Positions 17,671-27,998 of a stretch of 64,000 bases of DNA are shown here, one piece after another (position 1 is the stretch's first letter; each line of letters opens with the position of its first letter). The DNA comes from Chlorobium sp. (GTDB lineage: Bacteria; Bacteroidota; Chlorobiia; Chlorobiales; Chlorobiaceae): NCBI GenBank assembly GCA_049317185.1, contig JBMOIS010000010.1, positions 3,220-67,219 on the forward strand, given 5' to 3'. The notes under the pieces were generated by a model. It had not been told where the DNA came from, searched no databases, and saw only the letters and a list, made by a program, of their open reading frames with translations. The translations under genes were made by a program, and so were the position numbers.

Positions 17671-20406
17671 TCAAAAGTTATGACCAATACTGAAATAAAA
17701 GATGGTCTCTGAAAATTTCAGGGAGGTGTATGCTGTATTGTGAGCTTCTGCAAGAAATGGGAACGCTTTTGAAACGGTAAGCCTTGTCGGACCGAGAGGA
17801 GTGTCCCAAATCATGCTTGCTCCGATACCGTGAATAAGGTGCGCAGAAGAGATATCGTCCATATTTTCCCATACATTGCCGACATTGTAATGCAGGAGCA
17901 GCGATGTTGGAAAGAGAATGTCAAATGATGGTTTGTAGCCAAAATGTATTCCGGCCGCCGCCATATTGTCGCATGGAAGATCGTTTTCTTTCAACCCTGT
18001 AAAACGCTGGCTGTAAGTTGTTCCCGGTCCTCCGAGAAAAAATTTCTCTGACAATGGTAAGTTGCTGCTGCTCAGACCAAAAAGTCCCGAAAGTTGCAAG
18101 GTGGTTTTTTTTGTAAGCTGGATATTTTCTTCATGGTTTCCTGATACCAGCCAGAAAATATCATGATTGTTAAAAAATGATGGAGTCAGTGAGTATTTAA
18201 CGTTTGTATAGGTTCCCGAAGTTGGGGTCAATGAGTTGTTTCTCGAATCAAGGGTAAATTGTGTGCCGATGGAGAGTGTCGTGTTATTTGCGGTGTTCAA
18301 TGCTGCACTGTTATGCTCTTCAGCCCAGGATTGTGCGTTTTGCAGGGTAATCTCCGCAATTAACTGACCGTTTTTTCGGATTCTTGCGCCGAAAGCATGG
18401 CTGAAACCGTACTTCTGGATTCCATAATTTTTCAGAGCTTCTGAAACATCGCGATGTTCAAAAACATGCTCGTCATAAAAAAGGCGTGAAGACATCGTCA
18501 AGTGTGACTCACCTATCCTTGGCACATTAAATTCAAGGTTGACAAGATAGTTTTTTCTTCCTGCCTTCAGCCAGCCGCCAATTGAGTTGGTTGTGCCTCC
18601 GAGATTTTCGTTTCTGACATCGACAAGGAACTGGGCATTGTTTGTTTCATCATAGCGCAAACCGAGCCGGAGCACTGAGGGTGGTTTTTCTTCAAGAGAA
18701 AAGTTGATCAGGGGATTGCTGTCGGGCACAGAGCCTTCGGCCGGCTTTGCGAAGATGGAGACTCGATTGAAGCCCCCCGTTTCGTAAAGATTATTGACAG
18801 ACTCTTCGGCCTTCTGGATGCGGAGTGCTTGAGTAGTATCAATTTTTATTTCTCTCATTACAGGAGTGATACCTGTGATATTTTTGTCCCTGCGGATCTC
18901 GATACTCTCCGGCTTTCCAGAAGAAACATTGACGTTCAGGGTGCCATCGTCGAGGGAGCAGCTTTTGATGTTGACAAAGCAGTATCCTTTTCTGCGGTAT
19001 TCTGTTATGAGTGCTTCAAGGGCTTTTGTTCCTGCTGCATTGGTGTAAAGCACTCTTGTTATCGGGCTGAAACACTCTTCAATCTCATCTGGTGAAAGTG
19101 CTGCGGGAGGTCCACCCGTAACGGTAACATTTATAATTTCTGGAAGTGGATCAAGGTGAAAAATTACTTTTTTATGGAGGTGATCAAGTTCGGCCGAGAC
19201 TCTGGTAAAGAGATCTGTTGCCAGCAACTTCTGAAAGGTTTTGTCCAGGTCTGTTGCATTGTGGATAATGGCGGAGGCAACAGGGTTATATTCCGGATTA
19301 TCTTGTGGGAACAGGAATGTTTTGGTATACGTTCCGATAGCAATACTTCGTGAACTCTTGTTTTCTATCCTGAGTTTTATGGTCTCTGCAACAACTTTTC
19401 CTTTGGCATAGCCGGCATCGACAAGAGCTTTAATATTCGAAAAATCGGTGGCTTTATGGTCGCCGAGTTCGGGAGTTATGACAATATCTGCTTTTGCAAG
19501 TTGCGCCGGGTATTGCAATTTTGTGAGGATGGTCATCGCCTGATCGGCAGCTTTCCAGGGGAGATCAAGTTCGCCGCCGGTTGCATACATGCTGCCGTGC
19601 GTATCGACCGCAATTTTATAGTCGGCATTGAACGCATCAAGTTCATCGACCGGAAGATTGGCAACGAGTCCGCCATCAACCAACTGGTAACCGTCACGGA
19701 TGATCGGTTCATAAAGAATTGGAATAGTACTGCTTGCCCGCATTGCTTCTGACAGTGAGCCGCTGGTAAGGGTGATACGCTTTCCTGAAACAAGATCGGT
19801 AGAAACTGCCCTGAAATTGATCGGAAACGTTGAGAAATTGCCTGAAGCATGATAGAGAGCGTTCAATGCCAGGAGGTCGAGAGTGCCTGTCATCTCCTGA
19901 GCTGAGTTAAGCGATTTAGGAATAACAAGTTTTAGCTTCTCAATACGGATGGCCAGAGATGCCCGGTCACGGATTCGCTGCTGTTCAAGAAAAATGTTTG
20001 AACGGGTATAATTATCATGGAAAGAAAGAATTGATTGCCAGGGAAGGGTATGGACGATCCCTTCAAGTTCCTTTGGGCTGTATCCGCAAGAGTAGAGACC
20101 GCCAATAACGGCACCCATGCTTGTGCCGGCAATACCATCGACGGGAATGCCTGCCTCATCAAGAGCCTTGAGGATGCCAATTTGTGACAGACCGTTTGCG
20201 CCGCCTCCTGAAAGTGCAAGAGCTACAGTTTTTCTGGCAGGCCTCATGAAGTTGAACAGGGTATAGCGGTGTTGAGGAAGTTTTAGCGTGTCGGGATAGA
20301 CCAGTGTCGTCGGTGAGGCCACAGCATCAGGTAGCGTCGTCATTTCCGCGAGGGTAGTGGCAATGATAAGTGCGATGATACAGGCAATTGTTCTGACGTT
20401 CAACAA
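17671..20406 (-). CDS. Patatin-like phospholipase fused to POTRA and Omp85-type beta-barrel (PlpD-like)
   Basis: LSGGGANG, GTSMG nucleophile, DGG motif, central POTRA-like region, C-terminal barrel ending FYFSIGHNF. Confidence 0.88.
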   Translation of the reverse strand: MLNVRTIACIIALIIATTLAEMTTLPDAVASPTTLVYPDTLKLPQHRYTLFNFMRPARKTVALALSGGGANGLSQIGILKALDEAGIPVDGIAGTSMGAVIGGLYSCGYSPKELEGIVHTLPWQSILSFHDNYTRSNIFLEQQRIRDRASLAIRIEKLKLVIPKSLNSAQEMTGTLDLLALNALYHASGNFSTFPINFRAVSTDLVSGKRITLTSGSLSEAMRASSTIPILYEPIIRDGYQLVDGGLVANLPVDELDAFNADYKIAVDTHGSMYATGGELDLPWKAADQAMTILTKLQYPAQLAKADIVITPELGDHKATDFSNIKALVDAGYAKGKVVAETIKLRIENKSSRSIAIGTYTKTFLFPQDNPEYNPVASAIIHNATDLDKTFQKLLATDLFTRVSAELDHLHKKVIFHLDPLPEIINVTVTGGPPAALSPDEIEECFSPITRVLYTNAAGTKALEALITEYRRKGYCFVNIKSCSLDDGTLNVNVSSGKPESIEIRRDKNITGITPVMREIKIDTTQALRIQKAEESVNNLYETGGFNRVSIFAKPAEGSVPDSNPLINFSLEEKPPSVLRLGLRYDETNNAQFLVDVRNENLGGTTNSIGGWLKAGRKNYLVNLEFNVPRIGESHLTMSSRLFYDEHVFEHRDVSEALKNYGIQKYGFSHAFGARIRKNGQLIAEITLQNAQSWAEEHNSAALNTANNTTLSIGTQFTLDSRNNSLTPTSGTYTNVKYSLTPSFFNNHDIFWLVSGNHEENIQLTKKTTLQLSGLFGLSSSNLPLSEKFFLGGPGTTYSQRFTGLKENDLPCDNMAAAGIHFGYKPSFDILFPTSLLLHYNVGNVWENMDDISSAHLIHGIGASMIWDTPLGPTRLTVSKAFPFLAEAHNTAYTSLKFSETIFYFSIGHNF

Positions 20407-20525
20407 AGGTAATGCTCCTCGTTTATCAAATCGTTATAGAAGGGTTTATTCTGACCGTTTTTGAGATCTCCTGTGAACTTCATATCTTGAGGTTTAATGT
20501 ATAACCTTTACTCTTCATTGTAAAC

Positions 20526-21365
20526 ATGGCATGGTTTAATCGGGTAAAACCCTCAATACTTCCAACCGACAAGCGAGATATGCCGGAAGGGTTGTGGTGG
20601 AAATGTGAAGAGTGCGGAGCGATGCTTCACAAAAAACAGCTTGAAGATTATTTTTACACCTGTTCGGAATGCAGCCACCATTTCAGGATATCTCCTTATA
20701 AGTATTTCTCGATTCTTTTTGATGGCGACAAGTACATTGAGTTTGATGATAACCTCCGTTCTGCCGATCCTCTCAGTTTTACCGATACAAAAAAATATCC
20801 TGACAGGGTTCATGATACTATTGAAAAGAAGGGAAAAACTGAGGCCTGCCGGAATGCTCATGGAGAGTGCGGAAGTAGCCCCCTTGTCGTTTCAGCCATG
20901 GATTTTGGTTTTATCGGTGGTTCAATGGGTTCGGTTGTTGGTGAAAAAATAGCTCGTGCTGTGGACAAGTCGCTTGAACTCAATGCTCCTCTCCTTGTTA
21001 TTTCCCAGTCAGGCGGAGCCCGGATGATGGAAGGTGCATTCAGCTTGATGCAGATGGCTAAAACTGCCGCCCGGCTTACCAGGCTCAGTGAGAGGAAATT
21101 GCCCTATATCTCTCTTCTTTCCGATCCGACAATGGGAGGTATAACCGCCTCTTTTGCCATGCTTGGCGATATCAATATCAGCGAGCCGAAAGCTCTCATA
21201 GGGTTTGCTGGTCCCAGGGTGATCAGGGATACCATCAAAAGAGATCTGCCCGAAGGGTTTCAGCGAGCTGAGTTTCTGCTTGAACATGGCTTTCTTGATC
21301 GCATTATCTCCCGGAGGGATCTGAAAAGCGAGCTGGTTACTCTGCTCGGTATGCTCAAAGTTTAG
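20526..21365 (+). CDS. accD: Acetyl-CoA carboxylase carboxyltransferase beta subunit
   Basis: WWKCEEC...CSEC Zn finger, [29 protein letters not shown]. Confidence 0.98.
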   Translation: MAWFNRVKPSILPTDKRDMPEGLWWKCEECGAMLHKKQLEDYFYTCSECSHHFRISPYKYFSILFDGDKYIEFDDNLRSADPLSFTDTKKYPDRVHDTIEKKGKTEACRNAHGECGSSPLVVSAMDFGFIGGSMGSVVGEKIARAVDKSLELNAPLLVISQSGGARMMEGAFSLMQMAKTAARLTRLSERKLPYISLLSDPTMGGITASFAMLGDINISEPKALIGFAGPRVIRDTIKRDLPEGFQRAEFLLEHGFLDRIISRRDLKSELVTLLGMLKV

Positions 21366-22012
21366 TTCCAGTGAAGTGCTGCTGCCGTAACCGGGAATTG
21401 TGCCATGAAAATCTTTTTTATCTCAAGGGCAATTTCCCGGTGCTCCTGTTGCGTGCTTTTGTCGGTTCGTACCTCCAGATAGTGTATCCAGCTTCTTGCA
21501 GAGCCCTTCATATAGAGTTTCGTTTGAGTTCCCAGCGGCAAGAGCACTCTTGCGCACTCCTTGGCAATGCCCTTTTCAAGCGCCAGGTTGTATTCTTCAA
21601 GTGCCTTTTGGGCAATGCGATCCTGCGCATCATTAAACCACTGTATTGTCTTTTTATCCAGATCGTCCAGAGAGTTTTGCCGGTTTTTGCTGTCCTGCCG
21701 CCTTGGCTGGTATCGCTCAATCTCCTGTGCTTTGGCGTACCGCTGTGAGAATTCCTGAAACTGGAAACTTTTGTGGCGGAGAATTTGTGGTGAAATGGCT
21801 CTTGAGGTCACAATTTCCACCGTCATATCCACCATTTCAAAGACGCTCCAGTGCTTGTGAGTAATACAGTAAGCGAGCAGCTTTTCATAATCCGGGGTCT
21901 CCTGATGAGGGCTCGATACTCTTGCGCAGTAGGCAATAAGTCCCTCAGGGGAGAGTGTCTTATTCTCAACCTCTATAAGTGGGGTGGTGACTGAAATAAG
22001 GCGGACCTGCAT
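21362..22012 (-). CDS. thyX: FAD-dependent thymidylate synthase
   Basis: [20 protein letters not shown] (ThyX motif), ECARVLLP. The start is the ATG at 22012. Confidence 0.95.
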   Translation of the reverse strand: MQVRLISVTTPLIEVENKTLSPEGLIAYCARVSSPHQETPDYEKLLAYCITHKHWSVFEMVDMTVEIVTSRAISPQILRHKSFQFQEFSQRYAKAQEIERYQPRRQDSKNRQNSLDDLDKKTIQWFNDAQDRIAQKALEEYNLALEKGIAKECARVLLPLGTQTKLYMKGSARSWIHYLEVRTDKSTQQEHREIALEIKKIFMAQFPVTAAALHWN

Positions 22013-22259
22013 ATTCCTCAACGTTTTAATGTTTGTTCGGGCTGAAATATAGAGAAATGGCTTCATTTTTCCTGTTTTCATGCAAAGACGGGATAACTCT
22101 CTTTTTTTGCTAATTGAAACGGGAAGTCTTGATTTATTGTTGTCACTGAGTATTTTGACATTCAGTATAAGGAGTTTCTGTTGAGCTTCTTCGGCAGGGC
22201 ACATTTGGTGCAGCTCAGGTTTTTCAACGACTTACCAATTTTAAACAACAGGATAGGCT

Positions 22260-22937
22260 ATGGCAAATATTAATTTTGGTTTTGAGCACCATGCCAGAAA
22301 AATGTACTCAGGCGCTATAGAACAGGGGATTACCAACACTCTTGTTCCCATGGTTATAGAAACTTCAGGACGTGGCGAGCGTGCTTTCGATATTTTTTCA
22401 AGGCTTTTGCGTGAACGCATTATCTTCCTTGGAAGCGGGATTGACGAGCATGTGGCTGGTCTTATTATGGCCCAGCTTATTTTTCTCGAATCTGAAGATC
22501 CGGAACGCGACATTTATATCTATGTCAACTCTCCGGGTGGCAGTGTTTCTGCCGGTCTCGGAATATATGACACCATGCAGTATATCCGTCCGGAAGTCTC
22601 AACAGTTTGTGTCGGTATGGCTGCAAGCATGGGCGCATTTCTGCTTGCCAGCGGAGCAAAAGGAAAGAGAGCCTCACTTCCCCATTCAAGGATCATGATT
22701 CATCAGCCCTCCGGTGGTGCGCATGGACAGGAGACGGACATTATTATCCAGGCCCGTGAAATAGAGAAGATCCGCAGGTTGCTTGATGAACTGCTTGCCA
22801 AACATACAGGCAAGGATGTGCACCAGGTACGGGAGGATTCTGAAAGGGATCGCTGGATGAACGCACAGGAGGCACTTGATTATGGTATTATTGATGCCAT
22901 TTTTGAAAAACGTCCCATACCTGAAAAGAAGGACTAA
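22260..22937 (+). CDS. clpP: ATP-dependent Clp protease proteolytic subunit
   Basis: [33 protein letters not shown]. Confidence 0.98.
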   Translation: MANINFGFEHHARKMYSGAIEQGITNTLVPMVIETSGRGERAFDIFSRLLRERIIFLGSGIDEHVAGLIMAQLIFLESEDPERDIYIYVNSPGGSVSAGLGIYDTMQYIRPEVSTVCVGMAASMGAFLLASGAKGKRASLPHSRIMIHQPSGGAHGQETDIIIQAREIEKIRRLLDELLAKHTGKDVHQVREDSERDRWMNAQEALDYGIIDAIFEKRPIPEKKD

Positions 22938-22953
22938 CCTGAACGATGTTATT

Positions 22954-25665
22954 ATGAGCGATCAGACAGAACTCTTTAATCTGGACAAAAGCTATAACCA
23001 TCACGATGTCGAAGATAGGTGGAGAAGTTCGCACTGGGAAGCGATCGGGTGCTTTCATGCCGAAAGTTCCCGTGTGCTTGAAGAGGGAAAAAAGCCCTAT
23101 ACCGTGCTTATGCCTCCGCCTAATGTTACCGGCAGTCTTACGCTGGGTCATGTGCTGAACCATACGCTGCAGGATATTTTTATTCGCTACAACCGTATGA
23201 CCGGCAAAGAGGCCTTGTGGCTTCCTGGCACCGATCATGCCGGTATTGCGACACAGACGGTGGTGGAGCGAAAGCTGAAAAAAGAGGGCATAACCCGACA
23301 CGATCTCGGACGCAAGGAGTTTCTTGATCATGTCTGGCAGTGGAGGGAGGAGTATGGCGGCCTTATTCTCAGGCAGCTTCGCCGTCTCGGCATCTCCTGT
23401 GACTGGCGGCGTAATCTTTTTACTATGGATGAAAGCGCCTCCAAAGCAGTTATCAATGCCTTTATTACACTCTATCGTGACGGTTTGATCTACCGGGGGA
23501 CCCGCATTATCAACTGGTGCCCGGTGTCACAGACCGCGCTCTCCGATGAGGAGGTGATCATGAAGCCCCGCAAGGACAAGCTGGTTTATGTGCAGTATGC
23601 TCTTGTCAGCCATCCCGGCGAATATATTACCATTGCAACAGTGCGGCCTGAAACCATTCTGGCCGATGTTGCCATTGCCGTTAACCCTGGGGATTCCCGT
23701 TACCGCCACCTGATAGGGGAGCTTGCGGTTGTGCCGGTAGCAGGAAGGCATATCCCCGTTATTGCTGATGACTATGTTGATATTGAGTTTGGTACCGGCG
23801 CTCTGAAAATCACACCGGCACATGATGCCAACGACTATGCCGTGGCACAGCGTCATAATCTTCCGATTCTTTCTGTTGTCGGTAAAGATGGCAGAATGAC
23901 CGATGAGTTTGGTTACGGCGGCATGGATCGGTTTGATGCCCGTGAAAAAATTCTCAGGGATCTCGACGAGCTTGGAAATCTTGTGCGTGTAGAAGAGTAC
24001 GAGCATAATGTTGGCTATTCCGAGCGAGCAGATGTGGTTGTTGAGCCTTATCTTTCCGAGCAGTGGTTTGTCAGGATGAAGCCTCTTGCGGAGAAGGCGC
24101 TGCAGGTTGTCAATGAAGGTGAAATCCGCTTTCATCCCCAGCACTGGATTAATACCTATCGCCACTGGATGGAGAACATCCAGGACTGGTGTATCTCGCG
24201 CCAGCTCTGGTGGGGACATCGCATTCCCGCATGGTACGACACTGAAGGCAGGGTGTGGGTTGCAGGAACATATCAGGAAGCCTGTCATCTTGCCAGTACC
24301 GACAAGCTTGTACAGGATGATGATGTGCTGGATACCTGGTTCTCTTCATGGTTATGGCCGATGACAACGCTTGGCTGGGTGGACAAACAGAGTGTCAACG
24401 ACAATCTCAAAGCTTTTTATCCAACCAATACTCTGGTAACCGGGCCGGACATCATTTTTTTCTGGGTAGCCAGAATGATTATGGCCGGGCTCTATTTCAA
24501 GGGAGAGGTACCCTTCCGTGATGTCTATTTTACCAGCATTATCCGAGACATGAAGGGACGCAAGCTGTCAAAATCTCTCGGTAATTCGCCCGATCCGATC
24601 AAGGTGATGGACACTTACGGTACCGATGCCCTGCGTTTTACCATCATCTATATAGCGCCTCTTGGTCAGGATGTCCTGTTCGGGGAGGAGAAGTGCGAGC
24701 TGGGTCGGAATTTTGCAACGAAAATATGGAATGCTTCACGACTTGTCTTTATGCAGCGCGAGAAGTATTTCAGTGACACTGAAGAGTTTGCCGCTGTTTA
24801 TCGTGACTTTAATCCGCGTTCCGGGAGTTTTAATCTTGGAGAGCAGTGGCTTCTTGCCGGGTTCAACGTGATGCTTGAGCGTTATCATAACGCCTTCAGT
24901 CTGTTCAGGGTCAATGATATTGTCAGGCTGCTCCATGATTTTTTCTGGAGAGATTACTGCGACTGGTATCTGGAAGCGCTGAAGGTGAAACTTTCAGGAG
25001 CGCTGACAAAAGAAGAGGCCCGGGAGGCTGTTTGCCTCGCTGTTTATGTTCTTGAGGGTATCCTGAAAGCGTTGCATCCGGTGATGCCGTTCATTACTGA
25101 CGAGATATGGCATCATGTTCTGCAGCGTTCTCCGGATGAGACTATTTCCCTGTCGCCTATGCCCCTTGCCGATACCGAACTCTCAGCTCTGGATGTGAGC
25201 GGATTTTCTTTGATACAGAAGCTGATCACGGAGGTGAGGAGTTTGCGTTCATTGTTTGGTGTCCCTCACAGCAGCCAGGCAGAGATTCTTCTCCGGCCAG
25301 CCAATGATGGAGATCGCCTGGTGTTTGAGGCAAATCTTCCCCTTGTGGCCACACTCGGTCATTGTATCCCGAAACTTATGGTAGACAGAGAGCACCCGCG
25401 TCATGCGGCCGGATCGGTTGTTGAGGGGAATGAACTATTTGTGCTGCTTGAGGGGTTGATATCATTTGAAAAGGAGCGGGTTCGTCTTCAGAAAGAGATA
25501 GACAATGTTTCTTCCTACGTGATGTCTGTTCGAAGGAAGCTTTCAAACCGTAGCTTTGTGGATAATGCTCCTCGGGATGTGGTTGCAAAAGAGGGTGAAA
25601 AGCTCAGGGAGGCTGAGGATAATCTTGAAAAACTCGGGAGAAATCTTGCTGTTCTGAGCGATTGA
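22954..25665 (+). CDS. valS: Valine--tRNA ligase
   Basis: [33 protein letters not shown] (KMSKS-like), C-terminal coiled-coil arm. Confidence 0.98.
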   Translation: MSDQTELFNLDKSYNHHDVEDRWRSSHWEAIGCFHAESSRVLEEGKKPYTVLMPPPNVTGSLTLGHVLNHTLQDIFIRYNRMTGKEALWLPGTDHAGIATQTVVERKLKKEGITRHDLGRKEFLDHVWQWREEYGGLILRQLRRLGISCDWRRNLFTMDESASKAVINAFITLYRDGLIYRGTRIINWCPVSQTALSDEEVIMKPRKDKLVYVQYALVSHPGEYITIATVRPETILADVAIAVNPGDSRYRHLIGELAVVPVAGRHIPVIADDYVDIEFGTGALKITPAHDANDYAVAQRHNLPILSVVGKDGRMTDEFGYGGMDRFDAREKILRDLDELGNLVRVEEYEHNVGYSERADVVVEPYLSEQWFVRMKPLAEKALQVVNEGEIRFHPQHWINTYRHWMENIQDWCISRQLWWGHRIPAWYDTEGRVWVAGTYQEACHLASTDKLVQDDDVLDTWFSSWLWPMTTLGWVDKQSVNDNLKAFYPTNTLVTGPDIIFFWVARMIMAGLYFKGEVPFRDVYFTSIIRDMKGRKLSKSLGNSPDPIKVMDTYGTDALRFTIIYIAPLGQDVLFGEEKCELGRNFATKIWNASRLVFMQREKYFSDTEEFAAVYRDFNPRSGSFNLGEQWLLAGFNVMLERYHNAFSLFRVNDIVRLLHDFFWRDYCDWYLEALKVKLSGALTKEEAREAVCLAVYVLEGILKALHPVMPFITDEIWHHVLQRSPDETISLSPMPLADTELSALDVSGFSLIQKLITEVRSLRSLFGVPHSSQAEILLRPANDGDRLVFEANLPLVATLGHCIPKLMVDREHPRHAAGSVVEGNELFVLLEGLISFEKERVRLQKEIDNVSSYVMSVRRKLSNRSFVDNAPRDVVAKEGEKLREAEDNLEKLGRNLAVLSD

Positions 25666-25827
25666 GGATGACCCGACTTTTTGTTTGCATTTGCGGTGGT
25701 GGAAGAGAATGAAATCTTTCTGTTAGGTTTAATGAGCAAAAAGCGGTATTCTCCGACTTTTCTGGTTTATAAAAGACAAATCGGTGGGAGTAGTTTAACT
25801 TGCTGAAGTTCTCAAGGAGAGTTCTAT

Positions 25828-26727
25828 ATGAGGCAACTCAAAATAAGCAAACAAATAACCAATCGCGAAAGCCTTTCTCTTGATCGTTACCTGCAGGAGA
25901 TAGGGAAATATGATCTTTTGACTGCCGAGGATGAGGTTCGGCTGACCAAGGCGATCAAGGAGGGTTTTGATATGCCGGTCGATACGACTGAATACAAGAG
26001 AGCAAAACGTGCGCTTGACAAACTGATCAAAGGCAATCTGCGATTTGTTGTTTCGGTGGCCAAGCAGTACCAGAACCAGGGCCTCACTCTCGGTGACTTG
26101 ATTAATGAAGGGAATCTCGGTCTTATCAAGGCGGCAAAGCGCTTCGATGAAACCCGTGGATTCAAGTTTATCTCTTATGCGGTTTGGTGGATCAGGCAGT
26201 CCATTCTCCAGGCATTGGCCGAGCAATCGAGAATTGTCAGGCTTCCCCTGAACCGGGTAGGCACTCTCAACAAAATCAGCAAGGCTTACAGCCAGCTTGA
26301 GCAGGAATTTGAACGCGATCCCAATACCAGGGAGCTTGCCACTTTGCTTGAAATGGATTCGCAGGACGTTGCCGACACCCTGAAAATTGCAGGGCGGCAT
26401 GTTTCGGTTGATGCGCCATTTGCCCAGGGCGACGATAACCGTCTGCTTGATGTTTTGCAGAATGATGGACATCTGCCTGACTACGGTCTCAACCGCGATT
26501 CACTTACCCTTGAGGTTGAACGCTCGCTTTCCGTCCTTGCGCCACGGGAAGCCGATGTGATCAAGTCATATTTCGGGATTGGCATGGATAATCCGCTGAC
26601 GCTCGAAGAGATCGGAGAGAAATTCCGTTTGACTCGGGAGCGTGTCCGGCAGATCAAGGAAAAAGCGATACGGAGATTGCGTCAGTCGGCATACAGCAAG
26701 ATTTTAAAAGAGTATATCGGTAGCTGA
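25828..26727 (+). CDS. rpoD: Primary-type sigma-70 factor lacking region 1.1
   Basis: [41 protein letters not shown]. Confidence 0.88.
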   Translation: MRQLKISKQITNRESLSLDRYLQEIGKYDLLTAEDEVRLTKAIKEGFDMPVDTTEYKRAKRALDKLIKGNLRFVVSVAKQYQNQGLTLGDLINEGNLGLIKAAKRFDETRGFKFISYAVWWIRQSILQALAEQSRIVRLPLNRVGTLNKISKAYSQLEQEFERDPNTRELATLLEMDSQDVADTLKIAGRHVSVDAPFAQGDDNRLLDVLQNDGHLPDYGLNRDSLTLEVERSLSVLAPREADVIKSYFGIGMDNPLTLEEIGEKFRLTRERVRQIKEKAIRRLRQSAYSKILKEYIGS

Positions 26728-26771
26728 AGGCTTTTTTTATTATCTTTTGCTAACGATGACTATTTGAAGAG

Positions 26772-26806
26772 GGGAGTGCAGGCAAACATTTTTTGTCAGC
26801 ACTCCC
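26772..26806. terminator. Hairpin between convergent rpoD and lptG-like genes
   Basis: GGGAGTGC (26772-26779) / GCACTCCC (26799-26806), with additional inner pairing. Confidence 0.4.
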
Positions 26807-26882
26807 TCCTGCGTTTCAGGATTGCCCTGTCAGCTTCATTCTGATATTTTTACCGGGGTACCATGGTTCAGAGCGGTCAAGC

Positions 26883-27962
26883 TCAGTCGATAGCTGTTTT
26901 ATAAATCACATAGCCTATGCCCAGAAAGAGCAGATTCGGCAGCCATGCTGCGAGGGCAGGGTGCACAAGTCCCTGATACCCTGCAATTGCAATGGTTTTC
27001 TGCAGTCCGAGATAGAGGAACCCTGCAAACAATGTGATGGCAATTTCAGAAGCAAGACCTCCGCGCTTTTTTTTGGCGGAGAGTGGAACGCCGATGAGAA
27101 TGATGATGAGCGAAGCAAATGGCATCGCAATTTTGTTATGAAACTTTACCATTGAGCGCTCAAGCCCTGAAAAACCGGCATTTCTTTTTTCTGAAAGATA
27201 TCTGTAGTGGCGGCTGATATTCATTTCGTCCGGTTGCAGATTGAGTTCTGCCAGAGTGCGCGGTGAAAGCGCCAGTTTTACCGGTTTCAACGGTACGACA
27301 CTAAAAATCTCCTGCTCTCCGGTAAAAATACGGCTTGAAACATTCTGCAAGATCCACTCTTTGTGTGCCGGGTCATAGTGCATGGCATCAGCATCCATTC
27401 GTGATTTGAGACGCGAGCCGAGAAACTCTTCTATGGAAACAGTGCTGAGGTTTGACCGGTCAGGATCTATACTGCCTATGGAGACAATACGGGAGCCTGG
27501 TTCAAGAAGATGAATATTGCTGTTCTCATTTTGCCGGGATTTTTTTTTGCCGAAATAATGCTGTTCAAAGGAGTGGGTTTTGGTAAATGCCGCAGGTGCT
27601 ATCCACCATGCATTGGCAAGATTGATCAGGAGAATGAGAATGCCGCCGATAAAAAAAGGGTTCAGCAGTTGGCGCATACCGACACCAGCCGATCGTATAG
27701 CCGGAAGTTCTCCCGAAAAAGAGAGTCTTCCCGAGACAAGTATTGATGAAAGCAGGGCACTGACTGGCGATGTTACCAGAAAAGTGGAGGGTATCGAGAG
27801 AAGGTAATAATGGCCGATATCCCACAGGCCAAGCTTGTTGTCCATGAACTCATCAAGTTTTTCAACCATGTTGATGAGCATGAACAGGCAAACAAAGACG
27901 ATGGAGCTAAAAATAAATGCTTTGGCAAACTGCCTGAATATGTACTGGTCAAGAATTTTCAT
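26883..27962 (-). CDS. lptG: LPS export permease, LptF/LptG family (probably LptG)
   Basis: MKILDQYI, GELPAIRSAG, periplasmic beta domain, C-terminal AAWLPN. Confidence 0.8.
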   Translation of the reverse strand: MKILDQYIFRQFAKAFIFSSIVFVCLFMLINMVEKLDEFMDNKLGLWDIGHYYLLSIPSTFLVTSPVSALLSSILVSGRLSFSGELPAIRSAGVGMRQLLNPFFIGGILILLINLANAWWIAPAAFTKTHSFEQHYFGKKKSRQNENSNIHLLEPGSRIVSIGSIDPDRSNLSTVSIEEFLGSRLKSRMDADAMHYDPAHKEWILQNVSSRIFTGEQEIFSVVPLKPVKLALSPRTLAELNLQPDEMNISRHYRYLSEKRNAGFSGLERSMVKFHNKIAMPFASLIIILIGVPLSAKKKRGGLASEIAITLFAGFLYLGLQKTIAIAGYQGLVHPALAAWLPNLLFLGIGYVIYKTAID

Positions 27963-27998
27963 AGGAATATTCAGGCAGGCAGGCCACCTTGCATAAGC

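Noticed and set aside
21362-21365. Convergent 3' overlaps (accD/thyX, and also LOG/heme gene, HTH/bshC, pyrH/recX)
   Set aside because: Short tail-to-tail overlaps are common in compact genomes and show no special structure.
25795-26472. 225-aa minus-strand ORF
   Set aside because: It is the antisense shadow of rpoD, with no protein-family motifs.
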